This document shows positions 1 to 10,657 of a stretch of DNA of 64,000 nucleotides, piece after piece. The stretch comes from Candidatus Magasanikbacteria bacterium CG10_big_fil_rev_8_21_14_0_10_36_32. Lineage in GTDB: Bacteria; Patescibacteriota; Patescibacteriia; Magasanikbacterales; GWA2-37-8. Made by a program: the position numbers and the translations under genes. Below the pieces are notes generated by a model. The model was not told the origin of the DNA, searched no databases, and saw nothing but the letters and a program-made list of their open reading frames with translations. The stretch is taken from the NCBI GenBank assembly GCA_002778465.1, contig PFBV01000003.1:2397-66396 (forward strand), in the 5' to 3' direction. The number at the start of each line of letters is the position of its first letter. Positions within the stretch are counted from its first letter, which is position 1.

Positions 1-2
1 AA

Positions 3-248
3 TTATTGACTAATAAATAACCGTCCGATAGTAGCCGTTAAAAATTGGCTGGTTAAATTAGTAATAGTCATAAAACCGATAAAAATAAATGCTATTCCAA
101 TCAATTTATACATTAATCTCGTTCCACCACTGGTGCCTAAATGCTCTTCCGCCCAAGCGTTAGTGCCAAAATTCTGATAAAACCATTCGGCTTTAAAAAC
201 CAATAACACTCCGGCTAAAACAAACAGTATTCCAATAAAATATCTCAT
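3..248 (-). CDS. Small two-TM membrane protein
   Basis: Two hydrophobic helices; ATG at 248 (MRYFIG) preferred over the upstream start of ORF 3..320. Confidence 0.7.
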   Translation of the reverse strand: MRYFIGILFVLAGVLLVFKAEWFYQNFGTNAWAEEHLGTSGGTRLMYKLIGIAFIFIGFMTITNLTSQFLTATIGRLFISQ

Positions 249-334
249 AAAATTGTTTTGATTCAAAAATTCTTTTAATAGACCATACGATATTCTACCA
301 CACTCTACTCCTTCTACCAAAAATCAATATTGGC

Positions 335-1543
335 TTATTTTTTGTTTTCTAACATTCTTTTTGTGACAGTCAACCATTTTACCAACGGTTCAGTGGATAA
401 CAAATTAATAGCCATTTCTTTGGAATAACCGCCTTTTACCAATCTAGTATAAGCATTCAACCCGTTTTTAATAAGTTTATTAAAATTATCTCTACTATAC
501 ACGTCCTCTAAAATTTTAAGCGCCGTTGGCTGAAAATTTTCCGGCATTTTAGTGACATACTCCCGATCTGTTTCTCCAAATCTCGTTAAAAAATCATACA
601 AACCTTCTTTTTCACTCAAACATGTCAATTGTTCATAAATTGATTTTAATTTTCTGTTTCCTCCCCGTAAAAAAGCCAATATTTCATCTTTCGTGTAGGC
701 TTGAAAACGCCGACAACGATCTTGTAAAAAACCCCGCCACGTTTTTTGTCTTTCATCATCATTTTGAGCCTTTAAAAAAGGCATCATATCACTTGCTTTT
801 GTATCAACTAATAGGTTTTCAATTGCATGCTGTTCTTCATGTCGAAAAGTCGCTTGACGATCAAAATTAAATTCAATTCCTCTTGCTTGCTCAGCACAAA
901 TTATATTTTTTAATACCATTTGTTCTCCATTATAATTAATATTTATTTGTTGAATATTAACTCCTCTGGACTTAATTGCTGATTTTATGTCTTCATCAGT
1001 AATACCACGATTATCTTTGTAGGCACCACTACGAATAACCGTATAATCAACTTCATTATGCAAACGAAAATATAAAATTATTGGACTTTCTATCACTTCT
1101 AAATCACCTTTTGGTTCACGTCCAAATATCGCTTTAAATAATTCTTTGTCATCAGGATAACTTTTGCGTAATTCTCTGATTTGCTGATGTTTTTCCATGT
1201 ATTGTTCTAAAATAAACTGAATTATTCGCTGTTGATTTTCAGTAAAACCAAAATTGTATCCAATTTCTAATGCCTTATCATTTAATTCTTCAAATGTGGC
1301 ATCAGAATTTTGTCTAACTAACTCAATCAGTTTAACCTGCATTTCAGCAAAACCTTCTTTTTGATAAGCCAATTTTTCTTTATATTCTTCGAGTGCTTCT
1401 TTGCGTTCTTCATGTGGTAATTGGCGAATGTCAATCAATTCTTTCTCAGGATCAAAAATCTCGCCCGGAATCATTATTGGTTCAACTTCTTTGGCAAAAA
1501 TTTTATTTTTTATTTGGTCAATAAAACCCGACTTTTCTATCAT
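335..1543 (-). CDS. Hypothetical protein with HEEQH zincin-like motif, paralog of 1552..3060
   Basis: HEEQHA plus downstream KDEILAF; aligns by eye with the neighbouring ORF. Confidence 0.7.
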   Translation of the reverse strand: MIEKSGFIDQIKNKIFAKEVEPIMIPGEIFDPEKELIDIRQLPHEERKEALEEYKEKLAYQKEGFAEMQVKLIELVRQNSDATFEELNDKALEIGYNFGFTENQQRIIQFILEQYMEKHQQIRELRKSYPDDKELFKAIFGREPKGDLEVIESPIILYFRLHNEVDYTVIRSGAYKDNRGITDEDIKSAIKSRGVNIQQININYNGEQMVLKNIICAEQARGIEFNFDRQATFRHEEQHAIENLLVDTKASDMMPFLKAQNDDERQKTWRGFLQDRCRRFQAYTKDEILAFLRGGNRKLKSIYEQLTCLSEKEGLYDFLTRFGETDREYVTKMPENFQPTALKILEDVYSRDNFNKLIKNGLNAYTRLVKGGYSKEMAINLLSTEPLVKWLTVTKRMLENKK

Positions 1544-1551
1544 AATTATAT

Positions 1552-3060
1552 TTATTTTTTACTTTCTAACATTCTTTTTACAACTAAGGGCCACTTTCTT
1601 AACGGCTCATGAGTTAATAAGGCAATAGTCTTGTCTGTAGAATAATCGCTTTTTTGTAAATCAACAAAAGATTTTACACCATTTTTGATCAAGTTATCAT
1701 ATTCATTTCTAAAAACATCATGAATGACTTTCTTAATCATTGGCAAATATTTTTCATCTATACTCTTTGATAATAAAAATTTTGAAAGAACTTCTTCCAT
1801 TTTATTAATCATAAAATAATCATAAGTTCCTCCCTGTTCTTGGGTACGCGTAAGTGTCCCTACAACCTGCTCTGCCGAATGGGTAGATCCTTTAAAATAA
1901 GCCATTATTTCATCTTTGGCCTTTTCTTCTATTTGCTGTCTATTGTGACGGCAAAAATGACGTAAAGCATTCTCTCTCTCCTCATCACTCTGACTGGCGC
2001 GAAACTCAGATAGGGCATTACTACTGTTTCTTTGCTCTTCAAAAAACTTTTTCATGGCATGCTGTTCTTCGTGATCATATATTTTCTTAGCAGTATCATT
2101 AAAATCTTCACTCTCGGCTTTTTCTGCAATGACAGATCCATCTAATTCTGGAATCATAACTTTATTTAAAGTTACTCCGGAAGTTTTCTCTGCCATCATT
2201 TGAATATATGTATCCGACGACTGTTGTCCGTGTGTTAAATCTGTAGCCGCCCGCAAAGTATGTTCATAATCATCCTTATCTAACAAACGCAAATGCAACG
2301 TTAATGGACCTTCAACTATCTGCACCTTCCCTTTCGGTTTTTGTCCAAACAATAATTCATATATTTCAGCATCATCAGAATATTCTGTTCGAATTTTTCT
2401 TACTGCTTTATGTTTTTCCATATAAGCTTTCAAAACTTCAGCGGTAATTTCAAGTTGTGATTCAGACATGCCATATGGAGACCCCAAATCTTCCGCTTTT
2501 TTAACCAATTCTTCAAAAGAGGCATCCGGATTAATTCGCACATACTCAATCAACTGTGTTTGCATTTTTGCCAATCCTTCTTTTTGCGCCGCCAGTTTTT
2601 CTTTAAAAATTTCCACTGCCTGTTTGCGTTCCTGGTGAGGTAATTTTTTAATTACCACCAATTCCGCTTCCGGATCAAAAACACCGTCAAAAACTACTTC
2701 TTTTTCCGGTTTTTCTTCAGTGGTTGATTGAAAAAGACCGTAGATTTTATCCTTAGCCATTTTTAAAACTTCACTCACTTTCTGTCCAAAACTTTTCGTT
2801 TCTTCTTCAACACCTGTTTCTTTTTTAGCCTCGGTTAATTCCGGTTCGCCCAAACCGGATTCTTTATCCAAACGCTTTATTTCTTTTTTGCTCTTTTCCA
2901 CCACCGATTCAGCTTCTATTTCCATTTTTTCCGCGGTTATCTCAACCAATTCATCCGGCGATAATTCTATTTCCTCCCCTTCCGGTTCAGAAACTTCCGC
3001 CGGTTTTTTATGTTCCGGCTGTTGGCCATTTTTTCGTTCAAAAGGATTTTGTTCAGTCAT
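1552..3060 (-). CDS. Hypothetical protein with acidic N-terminus and HEEQH zincin-like motif
   Basis: HEEQHA plus KDEIMAY; tandem paralog of 335..1543. Confidence 0.7.
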   Translation of the reverse strand: MTEQNPFERKNGQQPEHKKPAEVSEPEGEEIELSPDELVEITAEKMEIEAESVVEKSKKEIKRLDKESGLGEPELTEAKKETGVEEETKSFGQKVSEVLKMAKDKIYGLFQSTTEEKPEKEVVFDGVFDPEAELVVIKKLPHQERKQAVEIFKEKLAAQKEGLAKMQTQLIEYVRINPDASFEELVKKAEDLGSPYGMSESQLEITAEVLKAYMEKHKAVRKIRTEYSDDAEIYELLFGQKPKGKVQIVEGPLTLHLRLLDKDDYEHTLRAATDLTHGQQSSDTYIQMMAEKTSGVTLNKVMIPELDGSVIAEKAESEDFNDTAKKIYDHEEQHAMKKFFEEQRNSSNALSEFRASQSDEERENALRHFCRHNRQQIEEKAKDEIMAYFKGSTHSAEQVVGTLTRTQEQGGTYDYFMINKMEEVLSKFLLSKSIDEKYLPMIKKVIHDVFRNEYDNLIKNGVKSFVDLQKSDYSTDKTIALLTHEPLRKWPLVVKRMLESKK

Positions 3061-3070
3061 ATGATTTAGG

Positions 3071-3250
3071 TTATTTTAATTTTTTTCTTAATTCTTTAAT
3101 TTTTAAATCCTCCAGCTTCTGCCGGTATTTTTTTAAAAGCTGCTGCTGACTTTTTTTTAATTCTGACAATTCATCCAAAAATAATTGGTGTTCTTTTTTA
3201 ACTTGTTTAATCAAATCAGCGTGATTATTTTTTAATTCTTTAACTGTCAT
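3071..3250 (-). CDS. 59-aa coiled-coil protein (below ORF-track cutoff)
   Basis: Hand translation MTVKELKNNHADLIKQVKKEHQLFLDELSELKKSQQQLLKKYRQKLEDLKIKELRKKLK*; fills the gap between tRNA-Leu and the next gene. Confidence 0.7.
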   Translation of the reverse strand: MTVKELKNNHADLIKQVKKEHQLFLDELSELKKSQQQLLKKYRQKLEDLKIKELRKKLK

Positions 3251-3264
3251 TTTGTGTAAATTAG

Positions 3265-3346
3265 TGCGCGGGAGAGGATTTGAACCTCCATGCCTTGCGG
3301 CGCTACCACCTCAAAGTAGTGCGTCTACCAGTTTCGCCACCCGCGC
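3265..3346 (-). tRNA. tRNA-Leu(GAG)
   Basis: GCGCGGG/CCCGCGC acceptor stem, CTACT-TTGAGGT-GGTAG anticodon arm, long variable arm, GGTTCAAATCC T-arm; CCA not encoded. Confidence 0.95.
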
Positions 3347-3354
3347 TTAAATTG

Positions 3355-4122
3355 TTAAAATTTTCTATTTTTACCAACAATCATGTCTATTTTATTCCGA
3401 GCTAACTTTATTTTTATTCTTACTTCCTTAGTTGTTTTTCCGTCAGCTTCAACTACAAAAGGGCTATCGCCAATTATCTCCATCTCCTCAAACGGAAAGA
3501 TACTCGGCTCTTCGTATTTATAACTCCACCAACCACTTTTTGTCAATGGTCTCAAAAAAGCCTCTAATTTTCCATCTTGCGGATGTACTACTCTGATTTC
3601 TTTGTCTTTTTTACTCTTTTTCCAATAAAACGGCTGAAAATTACAAACCACAACTTCTGTTTTAAAAGGAGTTGTCACTTGAAACTTATCATCATAAATT
3701 ACACGAACTTTGGCCGGCAAAACATGGAGTTGTGAAATAAAATAACGATTATTAAACCAGCCAGCATCTAATTTTTGTCTCCGGCGACGAGCTAAAATAT
3801 CACTGGAATCAACTCCGATTGGAATACCCAAAACTTCAGCCATACTATTTTCGTCTTGTCCAATCGGTAAAAAACCAAAAACGCAGTCGCATGTCGCGCC
3901 GCGTGAAAGTACGTGTCCAATCGTTCTGTCATTTCCAACTATCACTACTGTTTTTGCCCCCCGTTTAATCTCATCATCAATAATCGGTTTAACATCTATA
4001 TAATTATTCAGATGCAAAATTTTTCCGGCAATTCCATAATCAGTTAAACGAATTTCGATTGATTTTAAAATGGCGGCGTACTTTTTATGATTTAAAAAAT
4101 TGTCGTACAGATAAACGTACAT
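3355..4122 (-). CDS. Diacylglycerol kinase-like family protein
   Basis: VVIVGNDRT, GFLPIG..NSMA..LGIP and ADG motifs resemble a degenerate DAGK catalytic domain. Confidence 0.7.
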   Translation of the reverse strand: MYVYLYDNFLNHKKYAAILKSIEIRLTDYGIAGKILHLNNYIDVKPIIDDEIKRGAKTVVIVGNDRTIGHVLSRGATCDCVFGFLPIGQDENSMAEVLGIPIGVDSSDILARRRRQKLDAGWFNNRYFISQLHVLPAKVRVIYDDKFQVTTPFKTEVVVCNFQPFYWKKSKKDKEIRVVHPQDGKLEAFLRPLTKSGWWSYKYEEPSIFPFEEMEIIGDSPFVVEADGKTTKEVRIKIKLARNKIDMIVGKNRKF

Positions 4123-4156
4123 AATTCGGGATTATTAATTTTTATCCCCTCCTGTT

Positions 4157-4645
4157 CTATAATGTTACAGTGGCCGCTTCATCACTTTTTTTAACTCGTC
4201 CACCCACTCGTCCAGCAGTTCGCCCATCATTTGTTTCTAAACCCGGCATAGAAACTTTTCCGAGTAATAAAGCTCCAGCCTCCATCGTAACTGTTTTAGC
4301 TTCAATATCTCCAACAATTCTGGCTGAGGGAGACAATTCCAAAAAATCTTTGATTTTCATATTACCTCTCACCTCACCGGAAATATGAGCGCTACCAGCC
4401 CGAACATTAGCAAAAATTTTAGCGCCAGTTTCCACCGTTACACTTTTACTTGTATGTAAACTTCCCGTCACTGTTCCTTTTACAATTATATTGCCTTCCG
4501 AAGAAAAATCACCCTCAACATTTACTGAGGGACCCACCACGGTATCAACATTATCGTTGACTTCACTGACAGGTTTTTTTTCGTCTGTTGTGTCAACAAC
4601 AGTTTCTTCCACAATATTTTTGGATGCCGATCTTTGAAAAATCAT
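4157..4645 (-). CDS. Bactofilin (polymer-forming cytoskeletal protein)
   Basis: TVVG..V.VEGD, I.GEV.GN, A.I.GDI....ME.GA beta-helix pattern. Confidence 0.9.
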   Translation of the reverse strand: MIFQRSASKNIVEETVVDTTDEKKPVSEVNDNVDTVVGPSVNVEGDFSSEGNIIVKGTVTGSLHTSKSVTVETGAKIFANVRAGSAHISGEVRGNMKIKDFLELSPSARIVGDIEAKTVTMEAGALLLGKVSMPGLETNDGRTAGRVGGRVKKSDEAATVTL

Positions 4646-4744
4646 AGTTTTTAAAAATATATATCTCCCTGCGGAAAAAACCGCAAAGCGATCAAATAAA
4701 TTACTTAAATTATACTTTATATATAATACACTATTTTATCATTT

Positions 4745-4763
4745 TTTTCCACAATTTTCCACA
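4745..4763. promoter_or_regulatory. Tandem DnaA-box-like 9-mers
   Basis: TTTTCCACA at 4745 and 4755, one mismatch to TTATCCACA. Confidence 0.35.
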
Positions 4764-4821
4764 AATTCAAATATTCACCTTTAAAACAATCAATCAGAGA
4801 TATTAAATACCCTATTGTTCC

Positions 4822-6573
4822 TTACATTTCTTCAACGGTATCAATGGTCAATAAATCCAAACAATTTTCCAAAGTTTGTTTAACCACTGCTGACAACCCA
4901 ACTCTAGCCTGTTGTAAAGCTTCATTTTCAACTTTTAAAATACTGCATTGATTATAAAAATCATTATATTGTTGAGCTAAATCAAAAGCATATTTTGCCA
5001 TTACCGATGGGTTATAATTAGCGTAAGCTTTTTTTATTGCTTCACCAAATTGTCCAAGTAATATTACTGTCTGTTTTTCCGCCGGCTGGGTTAGCAAAGA
5101 ATAATCAATCTTACCTTTTCCTTTTCCGGCTTTTCTTAAAATACTGTTAATCCGGGCGGCGGCGTATAAAATATACGGACCGGTAAAACCGTCAAACGAA
5201 GTTGCGCTCTTGGCGTCAAAAATCATAATTTTTGCCGCTTCATGTTTTAAAAAATCAAATTTAATAGCGGCAAAAGATATTTTTTCAGCCGTGGCGATAA
5301 GTTTTTCTTTCGGCCAATCCGGATGGCGCAAAGCGGTCTCCTGAAAAACCTGTTCATAAACTTCATTCCGGATTTCATCATATAAAATAACATTGCCCAA
5401 GCGCGAAGACATTTTTCCTTCCGGACGGTTAACCAAACCATAGCCGATGTGTGTCATTTTATATTTATATCCGGCCAATTCCAAAATTTTAAACAATTGT
5501 TTGAAATAAAAATTTTGTTCGGTGCCGGTGATATGCACGCTTTCAGATACTTTGGTAAAAATTTTATTTTTAGCCACCGCCAATCCCAAATCGCTGGTCA
5601 GATAAAGTCCGGTGCCACTACTTTTCCGTAATAATCCGATATCCAGATTAAACTGTTTCAAATCAACAATAATCGCACCGCCCTCGCCTACTTGAGCGAT
5701 TTTCTTTTTTAATAATTGATCAACCATTTTTTGTCCGGCGGATTTTACATCTTTTTCAAAAAATACTTTTGCGTGTTCAACTTTTAATTCATCAAAAGCT
5801 TTCTTAAAACCGTCCAAACTCCATTTTCTTGTCGTTAAAAATAACGGCTGAATACTCTTATCCCCCGCTTCCAATTTTTTTTGTAATTCCTCCACTTCTT
5901 TTTTACTATCCAAGTGTTCGGCCAAATATTGGCTAGCTTCGGCATAAATGTCGCCCAGCCACTTTTGTTCTCCGCCTTTTGGCGAAGTTTCCTTGCTGTG
6001 GAACTTTTTCAATCCCCAAAGACACTTAGCCACATGAGCGCCAAAATCATTAACATAATTTATCGGCACGGCTTTGTATCCGTTGGCGGTAAAAACTTTT
6101 GTCAGGGCGTTGCCAATACAAATATTGCGCAAATGCCCGACATGCAATTCTTTATGGGTATTATTCGACGGATATTCCAATAAAACTTTCTGATTTTTTC
6201 CATTTTTGTTTATACCATATTTCTTTCCGTCTTTTTTTATTTTAGTTATTACCACTTTAGCAATATATCCCGGTTTAATAAAAAAATTAAGATAAGAACC
6301 GACAGCCTGACACTTATCAATTATTTCTTTAATATCAGCACTTACAGGATCTTTTTTAGCCAAAGGAGATTCCCCTTGTAAATCATCATTTATGCGACTC
6401 GCAATATTTTGTGCCACCAAAACACTACCTTGATTTAATAATTTAGCTTCTTCAAAACAAGCAAATGCTAAATCCCCAATATCCGCTTTTGGTGGTACTG
6501 AAAAATTAATATCTCCCTTTATATTAGTTTTTCTTAATAACTGCGTTAATTTTGCTTTTATTATTTCCATCAT
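4822..6573 (-). CDS. argS: Arginine--tRNA ligase
   Basis: HVGH motif, KMSSRLGN, GPYILYA.ARI.SIL DALR domain. Confidence 0.97.
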   Translation of the reverse strand: MMEIIKAKLTQLLRKTNIKGDINFSVPPKADIGDLAFACFEEAKLLNQGSVLVAQNIASRINDDLQGESPLAKKDPVSADIKEIIDKCQAVGSYLNFFIKPGYIAKVVITKIKKDGKKYGINKNGKNQKVLLEYPSNNTHKELHVGHLRNICIGNALTKVFTANGYKAVPINYVNDFGAHVAKCLWGLKKFHSKETSPKGGEQKWLGDIYAEASQYLAEHLDSKKEVEELQKKLEAGDKSIQPLFLTTRKWSLDGFKKAFDELKVEHAKVFFEKDVKSAGQKMVDQLLKKKIAQVGEGGAIIVDLKQFNLDIGLLRKSSGTGLYLTSDLGLAVAKNKIFTKVSESVHITGTEQNFYFKQLFKILELAGYKYKMTHIGYGLVNRPEGKMSSRLGNVILYDEIRNEVYEQVFQETALRHPDWPKEKLIATAEKISFAAIKFDFLKHEAAKIMIFDAKSATSFDGFTGPYILYAAARINSILRKAGKGKGKIDYSLLTQPAEKQTVILLGQFGEAIKKAYANYNPSVMAKYAFDLAQQYNDFYNQCSILKVENEALQQARVGLSAVVKQTLENCLDLLTIDTVEEM

Positions 6574-6607
6574 ATTCGTATAATTCGCATGAATTCGTAT
6601 ATTAGCA
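6574..6607. repeat. Intergenic heptamer repeat ATTCG(T/C)A x4
   Basis: attcgta 6574, attcgca 6583, attcgta 6593, attagca 6601. Confidence 0.6.
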
Positions 6608-6612
6608 TCACA

Positions 6613-7800
6613 CTATTTAACTTTCACAAAAAATCGGCTGCCTTTTTGGACCACATCGCCCGGTTTGGCGTGTTCATCAATTGATTCAACTTTTTTATCA
6701 TTAATTTTCACTCCTTTTTGTTCTATCGCCCGGCGAGCCTCCGATTTACTGGCGCAAACTTTGGATTCCACTAACACTGTAACAATATCATAAACCGACG
6801 GTTTTATGTCCGGCATTTCATCCGGTGTTTCTTTCTTGCTGAAAGTGCTGATAAAATAATCCTGCGCTTTTTGAGCTTCTTTTTCACTATAATAAATTCT
6901 AACCATTTCTTGAGCCAATTTCATTTTATAATCACGCGGATTTTTTCCTGATTGCATTTCTGCTTCATATTTTTTTATTTCTTCCATTGAAACTTCCGTT
7001 GCCAATTCAAAATATTTTATTATCAATTTGTCTGGAATGGACATAACTTTACCAAATATCTCCTCAGGTAAATCTTCCAGCGCTATATAATTACCATGAC
7101 TTTTTCCCATCTTTTTTTCACCATCTACCCCCTCTAAAATCGGAACCGTCAATATATCTTGCTCTGACTGATTATACTTTTTTTGTAATTTTCTGCCCAT
7201 GAGCAAATTAAATTTCTGGTCTGTTCCTCCTATTTCAACATCTGCCTCCAGTGCAACTGAATCATAACCCTGCAATAATGGATACATGATTTCCTGCATT
7301 TGTATATCCGAACCTTCTTTCATTCTTTTCTGAAAATCATCTCTTTCTAAAATTCTAGCCACAGTAATTTTAGAAGTTAAATCCATCAAAAGCTGGGTAA
7401 AACTCGGTTTACTGTACCATTCACTATTGCGGCGTATTTCAAGATTTTTTACATCAATAATCTTTGCCGCCTGATCTATATACGTCTTCATGTTCTTTTT
7501 AACGTCATCATGACTTAAAACAGGCCTTGTTTCATTACGTCCAGACGGGTCGCCAATCATTGCTGTATAATCACCAATCAAAAGAATTACTTGATGACCC
7601 AGGTCTTGAAATTGTTTTAACTTTCGCAAAGGTACGGCGTGACCAATGTGTAATTGTGACCCTGTTGGATCTATGCCAAATTTAACCCGTAAACGTTTAC
7701 CGGAAAAGAGTTTTTTTCTTAAACTTTCCAATTCAATTACTTCTTCCGCTCCCCGAGTTAATAATTCTTCAATTTTTTTTGCGTCAGTGTCTATTTTCAT
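6613..7800 (-). CDS. tyrS: Tyrosine--tRNA ligase
   Basis: GIDPTG..LHIGH, YPLLQGYD, GGTDQ, KMGKS, C-terminal S4 domain. Confidence 0.97.
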   Translation of the reverse strand: MKIDTDAKKIEELLTRGAEEVIELESLRKKLFSGKRLRVKFGIDPTGSQLHIGHAVPLRKLKQFQDLGHQVILLIGDYTAMIGDPSGRNETRPVLSHDDVKKNMKTYIDQAAKIIDVKNLEIRRNSEWYSKPSFTQLLMDLTSKITVARILERDDFQKRMKEGSDIQMQEIMYPLLQGYDSVALEADVEIGGTDQKFNLLMGRKLQKKYNQSEQDILTVPILEGVDGEKKMGKSHGNYIALEDLPEEIFGKVMSIPDKLIIKYFELATEVSMEEIKKYEAEMQSGKNPRDYKMKLAQEMVRIYYSEKEAQKAQDYFISTFSKKETPDEMPDIKPSVYDIVTVLVESKVCASKSEARRAIEQKGVKINDKKVESIDEHAKPGDVVQKGSRFFVKVK

Positions 7801-10520
7801 ATTAAATTTTTTAATTGTTCTTTTAATTTTTTTAATTTTTCTTGCCCTTCAGACAATTTCTGTTTTTCTTTTTCCACCACTTCTTTCGGCGCGTGGCTGA
7901 CAAATTCCTGATTAGATAGTTTCTTTTCCAATCCAATCAAATATGGTTCCACCGCGGCAATTTCTTTACTCAGCCGTTCTTTTTCTTTTCCGGTATCAAC
8001 CAAACCTAATAAATCAATAAACACTTCCACACCGAAAGAAACAAAACCGATACTGCCCTGCGGCTTATCTAATTTTTTAGAAATTTTTAAATTTTCAATT
8101 CGAGCCAAACCTTTAATTATTTCCTCGTTGCTATTCAAAAATTTTTCCGCTTGTCCGGCGCTAATCGCGACATTTATTTTTTTCGCCGGTTCAATTTTAT
8201 AATCAGCCCGGAGCGAACGGATACTGGTAATTATATCAACAATGTATGAAGTAAATTCATCTATTGCTGACCCATTGCTACTTAATTTGAATTCGGGATA
8301 TTTTTGTATCATTAAACAATTCTCATCTTTATATATTTCCTGCCAAATTTGTTCAGTAACAAATGGCATAAACGGATGCCAAAGTTTTAAAATATTATTT
8401 AAAATATAATTTAAAATTTCAGATTTTTTGCCCTCAATTTTAGCCATTTCCAAATACCAGTCGGCCAAAGTTCCCCATGTAAAATCTCGGAGTTTTTCTC
8501 CGGCCATTGATAAATTGTAATTTTCAATACAATATTTTACTTGACTGGCAACATCATTCAATCTTAATAAAATCCATTTATCCGCCAGAGTTTTTCCAAC
8601 CGGTTTTTTGACATCCGCTTTCGGTTTATCAATATTCAACAACATAAACCGGCAGATATTCCAAAGTTTGTTGGTGAAATTGCGAAAACCGGCAATTTTT
8701 TCTTCCCCCAAATTCAAATCATTACCCGGAGAATTGCCAATCAAAAGAGAAAGGCGCACAGCATCAGTGCCATATTTCTCAATCACTTCTTTTGGGTCAA
8801 TGCCATTGCCCTTTGATTTGCTCATTTTTTGTCCCTTTTCATCGCGAATCAAACCGGTGAAATATAAATTTTTAAATGGTACTTGTCCGGTGCAATACAA
8901 ACTCATAATAATCATCCGAAACGCCCAAAATGGCAAAATATCCCTTCCCATCACCATCATATCGCTCGGATAAAATTCTTTAAAATCTTTTCCGTTTGGA
9001 AAACCCAAAGTAGAATACGCCCATTGTCCAGAGGAAAACCATGTGTCTAGTGTGTCTTCATCTTGAAAAAGCATATTATTACCATGACGTTCATCAACAG
9101 GACACACCAATGGTTTCTCACCAACAGCAACGGGAATTTTACCGACACGGCTTTTTATTTTAATATTCGCGTGATTACTATCGTTAGTAAACGATACCTT
9201 GCTTATATTATTTCTATCATCTTCACACCGTGCACAATACCACACCGGTATCCTCGGCCCCCACCAAATTTGACGAGAAATACACCAATCGCGAATGTTA
9301 TCTATCCAATTTAACATCACATCTTTAAATCTCTCGGGATAAATTTTTATTTCGTCATTTTCAATGGCTTTTCGCGCCGCTTTTTTCAAAGAAAAATTTT
9401 CATGATCAACATTTACAAACCATTGTTTGGATACCATGGGCTCAATCGCTGATTGGCAGCGTTCACAAACCGACAAATTATTCGGGTAGTCTTCCTCTTT
9501 TTCTAACAATTTATGCTCACGTAATTCATTAACAATCATTTCTCGTGCTTCATTCACGGGCATACCACTAAACTTTTTAAAACCCTCATGGATTTTACCG
9601 TGTTCATCAATAACCTTAATAATTGGTAAATCATTTTTTCGAGCCATTTCCCAATCAACAGCCGAATGCGCCGGAGTCACTCCCAAAGCGCCGGTGCCAA
9701 ATGTTGAATCAACTTCATGATCGACAATTATTTTTATTTTTAACGGTAGGCCGACAAAATCAACTTCAAAAATTTTACCAATATATTTTTTGTATCTTTC
9801 ATCTTTCGGATTTACGGCAATGGCCGTATCACCCAATTTTGTTTCCGGTCGGGTAGTGGAAATGGAAAATGGAAAATCTTTATTATATTTAAAAGTATAT
9901 AATTTCGCTTTCTGCTCCAGGTGTTCAACCTCAACATCCGAGAGAGCGGTAAAACAACGCGGACACCAATTAATTATACGCTCGCCTTGATAAATCATTC
10001 TGTTTCCATTTTTATCAACTTCATTATACATTTTTACAAATGTATCCAATACCACCTTAACCAATTCCGGATCCATAGTAAATTTTTCACGCGACCAGTC
10101 GGCTGAAAGTCCAATCTTTTTTTCCTGCTCTCGCATATATTGCGCGCGGTCTTTGCAAAAAGAAAAAATTTCATCATAAAACTTTTCTCTGCCCAAATCA
10201 CACCGAGTGATACCGCGTTCTTTTTTAATTTTCTTTTCATACACAACTTGCGACTGTATGCCGGCGTGATCTTTGCCCGGTAAAAGTAATGTCTTCTCGC
10301 CTTTCATCCTGTGATAACGTCCAAGTAAATCCATTACAACATAACCCGAAGCGTGCCCGATATGCATTTCACCATTAGCATTTGGCGGGGGTAAAATATT
10401 TACATACTGTCCTTTTGTATTTAACAAATTTTCAGGATTAAAAAACCCGCTGTCCAGCCAGCGTTTATAAATGCCGTCTTCATACTTTTTCGGTTCGTAC
10501 GCTTTTGACAATTCCTTCAT
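7797..10520 (-). CDS. valS: Valine--tRNA ligase
   Basis: PPPN..G.MHIGH, DWCISRQIWWG, DTWFSS, KMSKSKGN, C-terminal coiled coil. Confidence 0.97.
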   Translation of the reverse strand: MKELSKAYEPKKYEDGIYKRWLDSGFFNPENLLNTKGQYVNILPPPNANGEMHIGHASGYVVMDLLGRYHRMKGEKTLLLPGKDHAGIQSQVVYEKKIKKERGITRCDLGREKFYDEIFSFCKDRAQYMREQEKKIGLSADWSREKFTMDPELVKVVLDTFVKMYNEVDKNGNRMIYQGERIINWCPRCFTALSDVEVEHLEQKAKLYTFKYNKDFPFSISTTRPETKLGDTAIAVNPKDERYKKYIGKIFEVDFVGLPLKIKIIVDHEVDSTFGTGALGVTPAHSAVDWEMARKNDLPIIKVIDEHGKIHEGFKKFSGMPVNEAREMIVNELREHKLLEKEEDYPNNLSVCERCQSAIEPMVSKQWFVNVDHENFSLKKAARKAIENDEIKIYPERFKDVMLNWIDNIRDWCISRQIWWGPRIPVWYCARCEDDRNNISKVSFTNDSNHANIKIKSRVGKIPVAVGEKPLVCPVDERHGNNMLFQDEDTLDTWFSSGQWAYSTLGFPNGKDFKEFYPSDMMVMGRDILPFWAFRMIIMSLYCTGQVPFKNLYFTGLIRDEKGQKMSKSKGNGIDPKEVIEKYGTDAVRLSLLIGNSPGNDLNLGEEKIAGFRNFTNKLWNICRFMLLNIDKPKADVKKPVGKTLADKWILLRLNDVASQVKYCIENYNLSMAGEKLRDFTWGTLADWYLEMAKIEGKKSEILNYILNNILKLWHPFMPFVTEQIWQEIYKDENCLMIQKYPEFKLSSNGSAIDEFTSYIVDIITSIRSLRADYKIEPAKKINVAISAGQAEKFLNSNEEIIKGLARIENLKISKKLDKPQGSIGFVSFGVEVFIDLLGLVDTGKEKERLSKEIAAVEPYLIGLEKKLSNQEFVSHAPKEVVEKEKQKLSEGQEKLKKLKEQLKNLI

Positions 10521-10657
10521 AATTCAGAGTATATTTATACTATATTTTACGAAAAAATAGCGAAAAAAGCAAGCTAAAAAACCGTCAAAAAACGGCTTAT
10601 TCCTCAAACTGGCAAAATCACCTTATTTTTACCCTTATTTAAGCCATTTTTTCATTC

